Source: a bacterium (GTDB lineage Bacteria; Hinthialibacterota; Hinthialibacteria; Hinthialibacterales; Hinthialibacteraceae). From it: a stretch of 14,737 bases of DNA. Under the pieces are notes generated by a model. It saw nothing but the letters and a program-made list of their open reading frames with translations, did no database searches and had not been told where the DNA came from. The position numbers and the translations under genes are program-made. Numbering within the stretch: the first letter of the stretch is position 1; the number at the start of each line of letters is the position of its first letter. Below are positions 1-8,217 of this stretch, in pieces. Where the stretch lies: assembly GCA_041946805.1 (NCBI GenBank), contig JBHGBC010000154.1:1-14737 (forward strand). Reading direction: 5' to 3'.

Positions 1-35
1 ATGCCATTCTGTCTAGTTAAGGGCCAAACTCCAGT

Positions 36-60
36 GGCCCTCTCCCAGAGGGAGAGGGCC
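36..60. repeat. CCCTCTCCC..GGGAGAGGG palindromic REP-like element (copy 1)
   Basis: ggccctctccc-aga-gggagagggcc: perfect 11-bp stem. Related copies at 3777-3810, 3906-3940, 8040-8072 and a degenerate one near 12667-12699. Confidence 0.8.
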
Positions 61-120
61 TTAGGGGATTGATCACCCGGCCAGCCCGATAGAAGAGCGG
101 CCGGACATGCTTGAAAAAAA

Positions 121-137
121 TACGCACTTCTCGGATG
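121..137 (+). repeat. 17-bp inverted repeat, left copy (TACGCACTTCTCGGATG)
   Basis: Exact reverse complement of catccgagaagtgcgta at 3718-3734. Confidence 0.85.
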
Positions 138-201
138 GACCGGAAATAGCGCCCTTCGCGTTTGCCGGATAAGCCATAAATATTTGACAGAATCCACATT
201 T

Positions 202-2253
202 TCATTGCGATGCCGGCGCGGGAAGGGCCTGGGTCCAGACGGGTTCCCAACCGGGGCCGAGATCCAGCCAGGGGCCCTGGGATGCGCCGGGGAAACGTTG
301 GCGAAGCCGTGGATCCGAACCAACCGCCATGGGAGCATCCTGCGCGCGAAGGACGCCAATCCGGGTTTTCGAGTGCTTCACCTCGCCGAGATCGGATTCA
401 CTCCGTGTAAAAATTATATATCGGCCGCCGGGTGAAAATCCGCCGCCATAGATATGATGATCGGCTTCCGCGAACAGGAGGCGGCGGTTTAGCCCTTCCG
501 TTTCCGCCAGCCACAGTTCCGCCCAGCCTTTCTCGTCCGGAATGATCCCCCGCGAGTATAGGATATGCCGGGAATCGGGATGCCAGTCGGGCGTGCAATT
601 GTAGCGTTCGGTCTCGCTGACCGCGTTCAGACGGGCCGTTTCTTCCTGGAGGCATCCGATATTCCAATACGGGCCCAGACCGTTGGCCGTTCCGCAGAAG
701 AACTTGCCATCGGGTGACCAGCCGAGTTGCTGCACGAAGCCCTGGCGGGGAATCGTTTTGACGATTTTCTTGTCATTCAGATTTACAATGTGAATACCCT
801 TCTTCGTCAGGCACGCAATTTGATCAGTGGAAGGCCCCCAGGAGGCCCAGGGATAGCCGGTTCCCAATGGTTGGGCCTGCGTTCCATCGCTATTGCATAC
901 AATCAAGGTGAAGGTTCCATAGGTATTGTTATCCAAGGGTGTGTCCTTGGGCATGCGATAAAAGAGCATCTTTTGACCATCGATGGAAAACCGCGCGCCG
1001 GCTTCGTTGCAATCGGGCGTGTTGGTGAGCGGGAGGCGGTCCGCGCCGTCGGGCCGCATCCGGTATAAATCCCAATCCCCCCGGCCGGTTTCCGCGCTGA
1101 AGACGATCCAGCCCTGATCGTGGAGTTCCCGCGCCAAGGCGGTTGTGTCATGGGACGCCGGCGGGGATGCATTCATACTGTTTTCCATATTGGTCACTTC
1201 GGCGGATGTCCAGTTCGGCTCCCAACCGGCCGGCAATGCCAATACAGGACCATCGTGGGCGTTGGGATGCCAGGCGCGCAATTCCAGGCTTTCACCCTGG
1301 ATGATGGGCGCGTCGGCCAGCCGCATGAGGCCCATGGGAGAGCCCTGGTTGCCGGGATCGCCGTCTTCGTTCCGGTTGCCGGTGAATAAAACATAGGTTT
1401 CATCGGGGGAAACACAACCGCCGTAAACATGACGGCCGTCCTCGCCGAAGACCAGCCGCCGTTCGTGACCCTGGGCATCCGCGCGCCAGAGCTGCGTCCA
1501 ACCATATCCCTTATTTCCTTTTTGTCCGGAGGGGCGATTACTGAAAATGATATTTTGGGAATCAGGAAACCAATCGGGAGTGCAGCAATCCACCTTGCTC
1601 ACCGGATTCGTTTCGCCCGTGTCCGCATGCATGCGCGCGACGCTCCAGCCTGTGCCGAAATTGTTGGCGACCCCGCACAGCCATCGGCCGTCGGGAGACC
1701 ATGACAATTGTTGGAAGAAACCCTTGCGGTCCAAACGGCGCAGGATTTTCTTCGTTTCCACATCGGCCCAAAAGATGCCCTGGACCGCGAGACACGCGAT
1801 TTGGCGGCCGTCCGGACTCCAACTGGCCCAGGGGAATCCGCCCTCGCCGCCGAAGGATTCAGGATGTGATCCATCTCCGGCGGCGATGATCAATTCACCT
1901 TGCGCGCCGTAGTTGTTGCCATCGATCTTTTGAGAACGGGCCAGACGGCGGTAGAGCAAGCGGCGGCCGTCGCGGGAGAACTGGGGCGCGGCTTCGTTAT
2001 AATCCGGAGTGGAGGTGATATTGATTTGGCACGAACCATCGGGACGCATCAGGAATAAATCCCAGTCGCCTTTTTCGGAGCAGGCGCTGAAGACGATCCA
2101 GCCCTGGTTGCGGACTTCATCCGACAATTTTATTGTGTTTGGATCCGGTCCGGACGGATAGGATCGCATAGTCACGCACAAAAAAAACGCGGCGGTTATC
2201 CAGGCGAAACCGCAGGCCGGCGCCGGCGAGCGTGGTTGACAACGGGTTGACAT
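202..2253 (-). CDS. Exported TolB-like/PD40 beta-propeller protein with two tandem ~320-aa modules (683 aa)
   Basis: Long ORF, GAAAGG RBS 8 nt upstream, hydrophobic N-terminus. Repeated (W/F)SPDG motifs. The halves are clearly paralogous: QGWIVFSA...GDWDL..MRPDG...PWASW...QIACL...GF.QQL.WSPDG...CTPDW.PDS...GW..LW.A...GWEP. Confidence 0.88.
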   Translation of the reverse strand: MSTRCQPRSPAPACGFAWITAAFFLCVTMRSYPSGPDPNTIKLSDEVRNQGWIVFSACSEKGDWDLFLMRPDGSCQINITSTPDYNEAAPQFSRDGRRLLYRRLARSQKIDGNNYGAQGELIIAAGDGSHPESFGGEGGFPWASWSPDGRQIACLAVQGIFWADVETKKILRRLDRKGFFQQLSWSPDGRWLCGVANNFGTGWSVARMHADTGETNPVSKVDCCTPDWFPDSQNIIFSNRPSGQKGNKGYGWTQLWRADAQGHERRLVFGEDGRHVYGGCVSPDETYVLFTGNRNEDGDPGNQGSPMGLMRLADAPIIQGESLELRAWHPNAHDGPVLALPAGWEPNWTSAEVTNMENSMNASPPASHDTTALARELHDQGWIVFSAETGRGDWDLYRMRPDGADRLPLTNTPDCNEAGARFSIDGQKMLFYRMPKDTPLDNNTYGTFTLIVCNSDGTQAQPLGTGYPWASWGPSTDQIACLTKKGIHIVNLNDKKIVKTIPRQGFVQQLGWSPDGKFFCGTANGLGPYWNIGCLQEETARLNAVSETERYNCTPDWHPDSRHILYSRGIIPDEKGWAELWLAETEGLNRRLLFAEADHHIYGGGFSPGGRYIIFTRSESDLGEVKHSKTRIGVLRAQDAPMAVGSDPRLRQRFPGASQGPWLDLGPGWEPVWTQALPAPASQ

Positions 2254-2293
2254 GGGATAGGCCTTTCTCGACAGGGTGAATGATTGCCTTCAA

Positions 2294-3691
2294 TCAACGC
2301 AGTTTTTCAAGATGCCAGAAACGAATGCCATACGGCTCCAATTCGTTCTTCAAGACAGGATTTTCTGGTTCAAGGGACAGCGGGGCTTCGGGGCGGAGGC
2401 GGATGTTTTCATCACTGCTGGGATGGGACGCGTCGAAGAGCAGGGGACGGGCCCGCAATTTTCCGGGAGGATTGTTCAAAACGATTTCAATATTCACCGG
2501 GGAGGATGAAAAATTCCATACCAACACATTATAGAGCTGGAACGTCTCATCCCAGGCAGCGAAACCATGAACCGTGTCCAGGCTGGAATCCATCCGCAAA
2601 CGTACGCCGGTCAGTCGCGAAAGCAGTTTAAACAGAAAGTAAGCCGGGCGGATGGTGTTTTGATAGTCGAAAAGGCCGTCCCACTGCGGGCGGCGGTTCC
2701 ACCACTGGGTCATGAAGGCGGTCCCGCCCGGCGACATGAAACGGGCGAAGCGTTCAAAGGAGACATGGTAATCGCGGATGTGATAATAACAGGAATAATC
2801 CAAACCCGCGTCCTTCATGCGCCAGATGGTTTCGGCGATGTAACAAGGCTGAAAACGAGGATCGCTGGGCGGCGTGCCGAGATCGATGTTCCATTCATCC
2901 AGGAAGGTTTCGGGATGTAAGCGGGGATATTCCCGCAGAAGCGCCTGGGCGTATTCGATGGTCTTGCGCACCTGGATGGGGTCGCTGCTGTAAATATGCC
3001 ACGAGATAAAATGCAGCGGGACGCTTTCCTCACCACAAAAGGCAAGCAGCCGGGGCAGGATGGGGGAACGGACGCCGGCCAGGGCGGGACCGCCCACCAG
3101 CGCGTCCGGATCCGCCTGGAGAATGGCATTGGCCGTATGCCGGTAATAATGGACATAACTGTCCGGCTGGAACCGGTACGGGCAGCCGCCGTCCTCGCCG
3201 ATATCCGGCTCGTTGCCGATTTCCCAATAGCGCACCTTCGGATTCCGTCCGCGGTAATGGCGCGCGAGATTGAAGATCAGTCTGTCCCATTCCTCATAAT
3301 CATTCGGTTCGACGATATCCTGGTTGATTTGGGGGAATAAGACCGCGGGTTTGAAGCAGATGCACATCAGCGGTTCCGCGCCGGTTTGGAGAATCGTGTC
3401 CACGGAACGGTCCAAGGTGTCGAAATGATATTTGCCCCGTTGGGGAAGTAAGTCAAAATATTCCTGAATGAAAAGGCGGATGATCCGGGGCTGGAGCGCG
3501 CGGATTTCGGCCACGCGGTTGTCCCACATCGGTTCCTCCGAGAGCCCCCCCTGGCCCAGAGCCATGCGGCCGATTTCCATGGGTCCTTGTGTTTCGTCCA
3601 GAAAAAGTTGGACCGTGGCGGGCGGGGATTGGGCCCGGGATGTAAGCGAGAGAAGGAATACGCCGATCAGGCAGCAAATGCGGAGAGTCAT
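2294..3691 (-). CDS. Secreted GH39-like (clan GH-A) glycoside hydrolase
   Basis: YWEIGNEPD (acid/base Glu), VGGPA, FISWHIY and FLDEWN (nucleophile Glu). Start moved from 3847 to the ATG at 3691 (alternative 3697): GAAAGG RBS at 3701-3706 and signal peptide MTLRICCLIGVFLLSLTSRA. The longer extension merely translates repeats. Confidence 0.85.
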   Translation of the reverse strand: MTLRICCLIGVFLLSLTSRAQSPPATVQLFLDETQGPMEIGRMALGQGGLSEEPMWDNRVAEIRALQPRIIRLFIQEYFDLLPQRGKYHFDTLDRSVDTILQTGAEPLMCICFKPAVLFPQINQDIVEPNDYEEWDRLIFNLARHYRGRNPKVRYWEIGNEPDIGEDGGCPYRFQPDSYVHYYRHTANAILQADPDALVGGPALAGVRSPILPRLLAFCGEESVPLHFISWHIYSSDPIQVRKTIEYAQALLREYPRLHPETFLDEWNIDLGTPPSDPRFQPCYIAETIWRMKDAGLDYSCYYHIRDYHVSFERFARFMSPGGTAFMTQWWNRRPQWDGLFDYQNTIRPAYFLFKLLSRLTGVRLRMDSSLDTVHGFAAWDETFQLYNVLVWNFSSSPVNIEIVLNNPPGKLRARPLLFDASHPSSDENIRLRPEAPLSLEPENPVLKNELEPYGIRFWHLEKLR

Positions 3692-3717
3692 GGCCATGTG
3701 CCTTTCTATTTTAGATT

Positions 3718-3734
3718 CATCCGAGAAGTGCGTA
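3718..3734 (-). repeat. 17-bp inverted repeat, right copy
   Basis: catccgagaagtgcgta, the reverse complement of 121-137. Similarity continues weakly inward (19/21). Confidence 0.85.
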
Positions 3735-3758
3735 CCCGAAGACGTAAAATGGATTTCA

Positions 3759-4009
3759 TCCGCCCCTACAAAAATTCCCTCACCCTGGCCCTCTTCCAGA
3801 GGGAGAGGGGATTGATTGCGATTCAACCGGGAAGTGCGAATATCCAAGGCCCAGGGTTGAAACCCTGGGCTGCTATTCGGCGGCCCCTTGAAAGGGGCGC
3901 AAAATCCCTCACCGAGGCCCTCTCGCGGAGGGAGAGGGGATTGGTGATCTTGGTCCCGATTCTATCGCCGGGTAGAAACCCGGGGCTAGGTTAGAAGCGC
4001 CGTTGGCGC
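3759..4009. repeat. Mosaic cluster of REP-like palindromes (BIME-like)
   Basis: GTAG-type REP end tccgcccctacaaaa (3759-3773, identical to 14668-14682). CCCTCACC..CCCTCT..GGGAGAGGGGATTG units at 3777-3810 and 3906-3940. Double-hairpin units at 3849-3898 (gcccagggtt-ga-aaccctgggc ... gcccctt-ga-aaggggc) and 3968-4009 (ccgggt-agaa-acccgg ... gcgcc-gtt-ggcgc). Confidence 0.8.
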
Positions 4010-4064
4010 GGGCACGGCCATTCCGCCTATCCGGAACTCATTCATGACGAAAACTCAACAGAAG

Positions 4065-6890
4065 CTAATAATTCGCCGTGATGGCATAATGATTCTGATC
4101 CGGACCGGGAATGACAATCCATTCCTGGCCGGGATCCAAATTCGTCCAGGATTGGCCGTTGACCGTCACCGATTGAATGGGCTTCGCCTCGGGATGGCGC
4201 AGGCGGAGGAGGAGCGACCGCGGGAGGCGGATGTCCGGCATGGTGATATCCGCCTGGATTCGGCCCTCGTCCACCCGGCTGTCGATGGTGAAAGACAGTT
4301 TTCCAAAGTAAGTCGGCGCGTTCCGCACTTCAATCCGTTGACCGTTTTCCAGCCATGTGCGGGGTGTGGCTTGCGCCAAGAAAAGAGAATCGTCATTCAT
4401 TTCCCGGATCAGCATGTGACGGTAGAGATCGAACCATGCGCCATCGGTGCTGGGCGGACCGAAATATTGCCCCCAAAACCAGCGGTGTTCGACCGGTTCG
4501 AGCGCCGCATGGCTGAACGCGCAGGCCATGTAACTATAAAATCCACGAATGACCGCGAGGGGATCGCCGCGCAGGAGATACGCCGTGGAGAGGGGATTGT
4601 AAACCGGTTCGTTGGCCATGCCCCAGCCGTGCAAGAACAGATTGTCCTCGTGATCCTGGATCAAGGAATCCGCCAGCACGCCCAGGGACGGCAAGGCTTC
4701 GAGCCGGAGGAGATGCGTGGCGCCCGTGTCCACGTCCGTGGCGTACCATTGATCCAACAGGCGGCGCGGCGTAAGCGCTTCGCAAGGCACATAGGGAATC
4801 CAGGTGTGATCGCGCAGTGGTACAAGGGGCGAGCGCAGCGTGGCCGCGCCAAACGCGCGGATGACGGAGCGGCGGAATTCGCCGGCCGCTTGTTGACATT
4901 CGCCGGCGCGGGGATGGCCAATTTCATGCAACACCCGCCCGAAGCTATCCAACCCCGCGAAAATGTATGCTTGCGTGAAGGCCCACGCGCCCTCGCCGGT
5001 GCCGTCGTTGAGCGGCGCCCAGACGAGGCCGCGCGCCGTGTCCGGGCGGCCGGCGGACCGCTGGATTTCTTGCAGGCACCAATCCAAGGCCTTGAGCGAG
5101 TACGGCAGCAACATGTCGAGCGCGGCGCGGTCATGTGAAAGTAAATAATTCTGGGATACGGCATACAGCATGGAAGGAGTGTAAACACCCCAATTCGCGT
5201 AGCCCCGGACGCGGCCGTCCGGTTCCTGATTTTCGCGGAACATGGCCAGCAATTCTTCCCGGGAAATATCATGATAGCCGCGCAGATCGTAGATCATGTA
5301 ATCCACATAGACGGCCTGGTTGACGGGCCAGGGGATGCCGTTTTGATCGTAGGCGAAGTTGGAATAAGGCAGGTCCATCTTCACGCCGGCTTCCGGTCCG
5401 CCGTGGCGGCGGGGCAAGCGGAGGGCGTGCCAGAGATTGGCGCGGAAGAGGCGGTTGACGGATTCCTCGGGAACCTGGAAGCGGGCGCCACGCGCCTCAT
5501 AATCCCTCCAGAAGCGCAAGGTTTGGCGCCGCGCGTCCGCATGGCGCAGCGCCAGCAGGGTTTCCCGGTCTTGGGGAGACGCCATCGGCGAAGGCAGTTT
5601 GAGGAAGAACCGGCGGTTGCCGTTTCCCGGCAGGGGAAATGTAAGTTGCATCACAACGGATTGCCAGTTCTCTTCCGGTTTGTGTTTCGAGGGCCGGCCG
5701 GACGGTTGCAGGGAGCATTCGATTTGACCGAGGCCGGATCCTTCCACAGTCAATAAGATACGTTCCGTCTGAGCGTCTTGGAGCAGAATGGCATTGTCCA
5801 ATGTAAGTTTCGTGATGGCCGGTTTCTCGTGGGGGGAAAACAGTCTTTCATGATAGATCTTTAAATTGACCGTCTGGGTTCCGGCTTCCAGGTTGCTGAT
5901 CCGCAGTCGCTGCATGAGCGCCATGGGGATATCGCCGCGCCGGCCGGCGGGAGGGCCGTACAGGGGATAGGCGAATTGCTCCACCTCATAACGCAAACCT
6001 TTCTCCGCGAAGGTGGTGGTGATGGCAGGAAGGCCGCCGCGCAGAACCTGGCTTTTCCAGGAATCTGGTCTTTCGCGGGAAAAATCTCCGAAGCCATACA
6101 CGAGGCGGAATTGATCCGGATTGCCGTAATCGTTCCACACGTCCGCGCCCCGGCCGATGCCGAACTTGGGGATGGCGCTGTCCCAGCCGAGGCATACGAT
6201 ATGTCCCGGCTCCGGCTGGTTGGGATGCGTGTAGGACGGGCTGCCCATATCTTCCCAGCGCAGGAGGAATTGCTCCAAAGTGGCATCCGGTCCGGAATGG
6301 ACCTGATCCAGAACCCGTTGGCCTTTCCAGGAGGCGAGATCGCGCTGATGTTGATCGAAGGCGTCCGGGGGATCACCGGACGTGACATACACATCGAGCG
6401 AGGGAATCCAGAACGTTTTTTGGTTCAGCAGCTGATCCAGCGTGAGGCTGAAGCCCAATGTTCCATCGCGGTCCATCTGGATAGTCAATTTGCGGGAATC
6501 GGGCCGCCAGGCGGGATCCTGCCGCAGACGGCGGGCGGTGTCCGGATCGCTGAGCCGGGCCAGTTCGATCCAGAAGGGATGGACATTGCCGTTCGCGGTC
6601 ACGTCCGCGGGAGGATAGAGCAGCGTGAACGAGACGCCGTCCACGTCACCGCCGCCCGCGCGGGTGGTCCAGGCGCCCTCGAGGGACTGATCCGGCGCTT
6701 CCAGGCCGAATCCTTGGAGTCCGGAGAGTTCCATGCCTTCGGCGCGCGGCGAGATAAAGAAGGCCGCGGGCTGTGGAGTTTGATGGCCCCACGAGAGGTA
6801 GACCTTCCGGGATTGGGGGGTGTCTTCGGCGCGGACGATGGTTCCGGTTGCCAGAGCGGGGAGAAGCCAGAGGATTGCGAGCCGTTTCAT
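4065..6890 (-). CDS. Large secreted protein, probable six-hairpin (alpha/alpha)6 glycosidase-like enzyme of unclear family (941 aa)
   Basis: GAAAGG RBS and Sec signal MKRLAILWLLPALATGTIVRA. Aromatic/helical core (FQVPEESVNRLFRANL, Y..S.D...L, GL...P.NDG). C-terminal LFLAQATPRTWL..GQRIEVRNAPTYFGKLSF...LLLRLRHP...SVTVNG sandwich resembles those following (alpha/alpha)6 GH domains. Confidence 0.7.
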   Translation of the reverse strand: MKRLAILWLLPALATGTIVRAEDTPQSRKVYLSWGHQTPQPAAFFISPRAEGMELSGLQGFGLEAPDQSLEGAWTTRAGGGDVDGVSFTLLYPPADVTANGNVHPFWIELARLSDPDTARRLRQDPAWRPDSRKLTIQMDRDGTLGFSLTLDQLLNQKTFWIPSLDVYVTSGDPPDAFDQHQRDLASWKGQRVLDQVHSGPDATLEQFLLRWEDMGSPSYTHPNQPEPGHIVCLGWDSAIPKFGIGRGADVWNDYGNPDQFRLVYGFGDFSRERPDSWKSQVLRGGLPAITTTFAEKGLRYEVEQFAYPLYGPPAGRRGDIPMALMQRLRISNLEAGTQTVNLKIYHERLFSPHEKPAITKLTLDNAILLQDAQTERILLTVEGSGLGQIECSLQPSGRPSKHKPEENWQSVVMQLTFPLPGNGNRRFFLKLPSPMASPQDRETLLALRHADARRQTLRFWRDYEARGARFQVPEESVNRLFRANLWHALRLPRRHGGPEAGVKMDLPYSNFAYDQNGIPWPVNQAVYVDYMIYDLRGYHDISREELLAMFRENQEPDGRVRGYANWGVYTPSMLYAVSQNYLLSHDRAALDMLLPYSLKALDWCLQEIQRSAGRPDTARGLVWAPLNDGTGEGAWAFTQAYIFAGLDSFGRVLHEIGHPRAGECQQAAGEFRRSVIRAFGAATLRSPLVPLRDHTWIPYVPCEALTPRRLLDQWYATDVDTGATHLLRLEALPSLGVLADSLIQDHEDNLFLHGWGMANEPVYNPLSTAYLLRGDPLAVIRGFYSYMACAFSHAALEPVEHRWFWGQYFGPPSTDGAWFDLYRHMLIREMNDDSLFLAQATPRTWLENGQRIEVRNAPTYFGKLSFTIDSRVDEGRIQADITMPDIRLPRSLLLRLRHPEAKPIQSVTVNGQSWTNLDPGQEWIVIPGPDQNHYAITANY

Positions 6891-6996
6891 GAGCAGGGCC
6901 TTTCCAGGACAAGGAAATGTCGGGTGTAGTGTACCGCGGGAGGAGCGTGAGGGCTATTCAGGTGAGGAATTTTGGGGGGGGAGAAAGATGGGGGGC

Positions 6997-7083
6997 GCCA
7001 GGGGTATTACCCCTGGCTTTTTACCCCTGGCTATATAGAGAGCGCCCCTGTGGGCTTTTGCAGGCAAGATGCCTGCATCACAA
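6997..7083. repeat. REP-like palindrome cluster
   Basis: gccaggggta-t-tacccctggc with a duplicated ttacccctggct (7007-7018, 7021-7032), then gcccc-tgt-gggc (same layout as 3849-3898), then tgcaggca-aga-tgcctgca-tcac. Confidence 0.7.
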
Positions 7084-7150
7084 CGGTATGGCGGGAGTCT
7101 CGTCCTCCCATCCGCATCCAGTCAAAAAATGACATACCGGCCGGAGTCCG

Positions 7151-7849
7151 TCAGGAACCGAATTCCTTGATTTTGACATTGCGGAAGAAGATCGGGGCGC
7201 CGGCGTGTTTGCCTTGCAGGCCGATGCGGCCGTGGGTGGGCAAGCCGGCCGCGGGTTTGCTGAGCCATTCGGGAATCTCGCTGCCGTCCGGATTTTTCTT
7301 GGGGTCGGTCCATTTTCTCATGTCGAACTCGGTGACCATTTCACCGTTCAGCATGACGTAAATCATGGGGCCCTTGCAGGTGATGGTCATGCGGTTCCAT
7401 TCGCCCGGCTTCTTGACCACGGATTTCTTGGCGGCCAGGCGGCCGAAGATGGCGGCGCACTGCCAGGTTTTAGGCTGGGTGGACCATTTTTCCGAGAAAT
7501 CGTCCGCGATCTGGATTTCAATCGAGTTGGGGATCCAATTCTTCATGTCGCTGCAGTAGACGATCACGCCGCTGTTGGTGCCCTCGGCGTTCTTGAATTC
7601 CAGGTCCAGGATGAAGTTGCTGTAGTCCTTGCCGCTCCAGATCGCCTGGTCCTCGCTGGCGGTGAATACGCCCTCTTCGACTGTCCACACTCCCTTGGGG
7701 AAGGTGGCGTTCGAGAGGTCCGGTTTGATCAGGTCCGTCCAGCCGGTGGTGTCCGGATGCGATTGCGGCGGGATGGCCATCTCCGCCGCCGGCAGCGCGA
7801 GCGGCAGCAGGCAGACCAATCCTGCAAGCAGAACCATCTGTTTTTTCAT
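7151..7849 (-). CDS. DUF1080 / 3-keto-disaccharide hydrolase family protein, secreted
   Basis: Motifs NFILDLEFK, NSGV, EIQI.DD, KPGEWNRMTI, LNGE, GRIGLQGKH, FRNVKIKE. Start set at MKKQMVLL (7849) with AAGGAG RBS at 7858-7863 and a signal peptide. Confidence 0.9.
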   Translation of the reverse strand: MKKQMVLLAGLVCLLPLALPAAEMAIPPQSHPDTTGWTDLIKPDLSNATFPKGVWTVEEGVFTASEDQAIWSGKDYSNFILDLEFKNAEGTNSGVIVYCSDMKNWIPNSIEIQIADDFSEKWSTQPKTWQCAAIFGRLAAKKSVVKKPGEWNRMTITCKGPMIYVMLNGEMVTEFDMRKWTDPKKNPDGSEIPEWLSKPAAGLPTHGRIGLQGKHAGAPIFFRNVKIKEFGS

Positions 7850-8039
7850 GACATACTCTCCTTTTCGGGAATGGATGACCGCCATGAGTGAATCAGGCGG
7901 ACCGGCCCGGAGCCGGTTCGTACAGAGTACATGAATTTGCCGGGGAACGCCATGGCCGGAAAAGAGCGTGGAGCGCGGAGCGGCTTGGGCTTAGCCCTTC
8001 GCGCAAATCCCGAGATGGTAATGATCCCAGTCATGAATT

Positions 8040-8072
8040 CCCTCTCCCTCAGGGAGAGGATTAGGGTGAGGG
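8040..8072. repeat. CCCTCTCCC..GGGAGAGG..GGGTGAGGG REP-like element
   Basis: ccctctccctcagggagaggattagggtgaggg, in opposite orientation to the 3777/3906 copies and flanked by catgaat at 8032-8038 and 8077-8083. Confidence 0.75.
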
Positions 8073-8217
8073 AAGCCATGAATGGGCGGAATTCATCTTT
8101 TCTCCGCAGTTGAGTCAACAGGCAGGGATAAAAAAGCACGCGATGGCAGGATGAGCCGTTCCCTGCCGGTTCAGGAAGTATATAAATAACGCCATCCAAT
8201 CGGGGAGATCGAACCGC

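Noticed and set aside
17..250. 77-aa minus ORF, including an ATGA overlap with the propeller gene stop
   Set aside because: Runs through the 17-bp repeat and the CCCTC palindrome (giving PSPSGRG); no protein-like features.
3698..3847. N-terminal extension of the GH39-like ORF
   Set aside because: It translates REP elements (SPLPLEEGQGEG, VGAD). The RBS and signal peptide point to 3691/3697.
3759..4009. Possible CRISPR array
   Set aside because: Only two imperfect copies of each unit, irregular spacing and no cas genes; fits REP-like palindromes.
4044..6929. Long + strand ORFs of 364, 161 and 317 aa
   Set aside because: Antisense shadows of the 941-aa gene, expected with GC-rich codon usage; no motifs.
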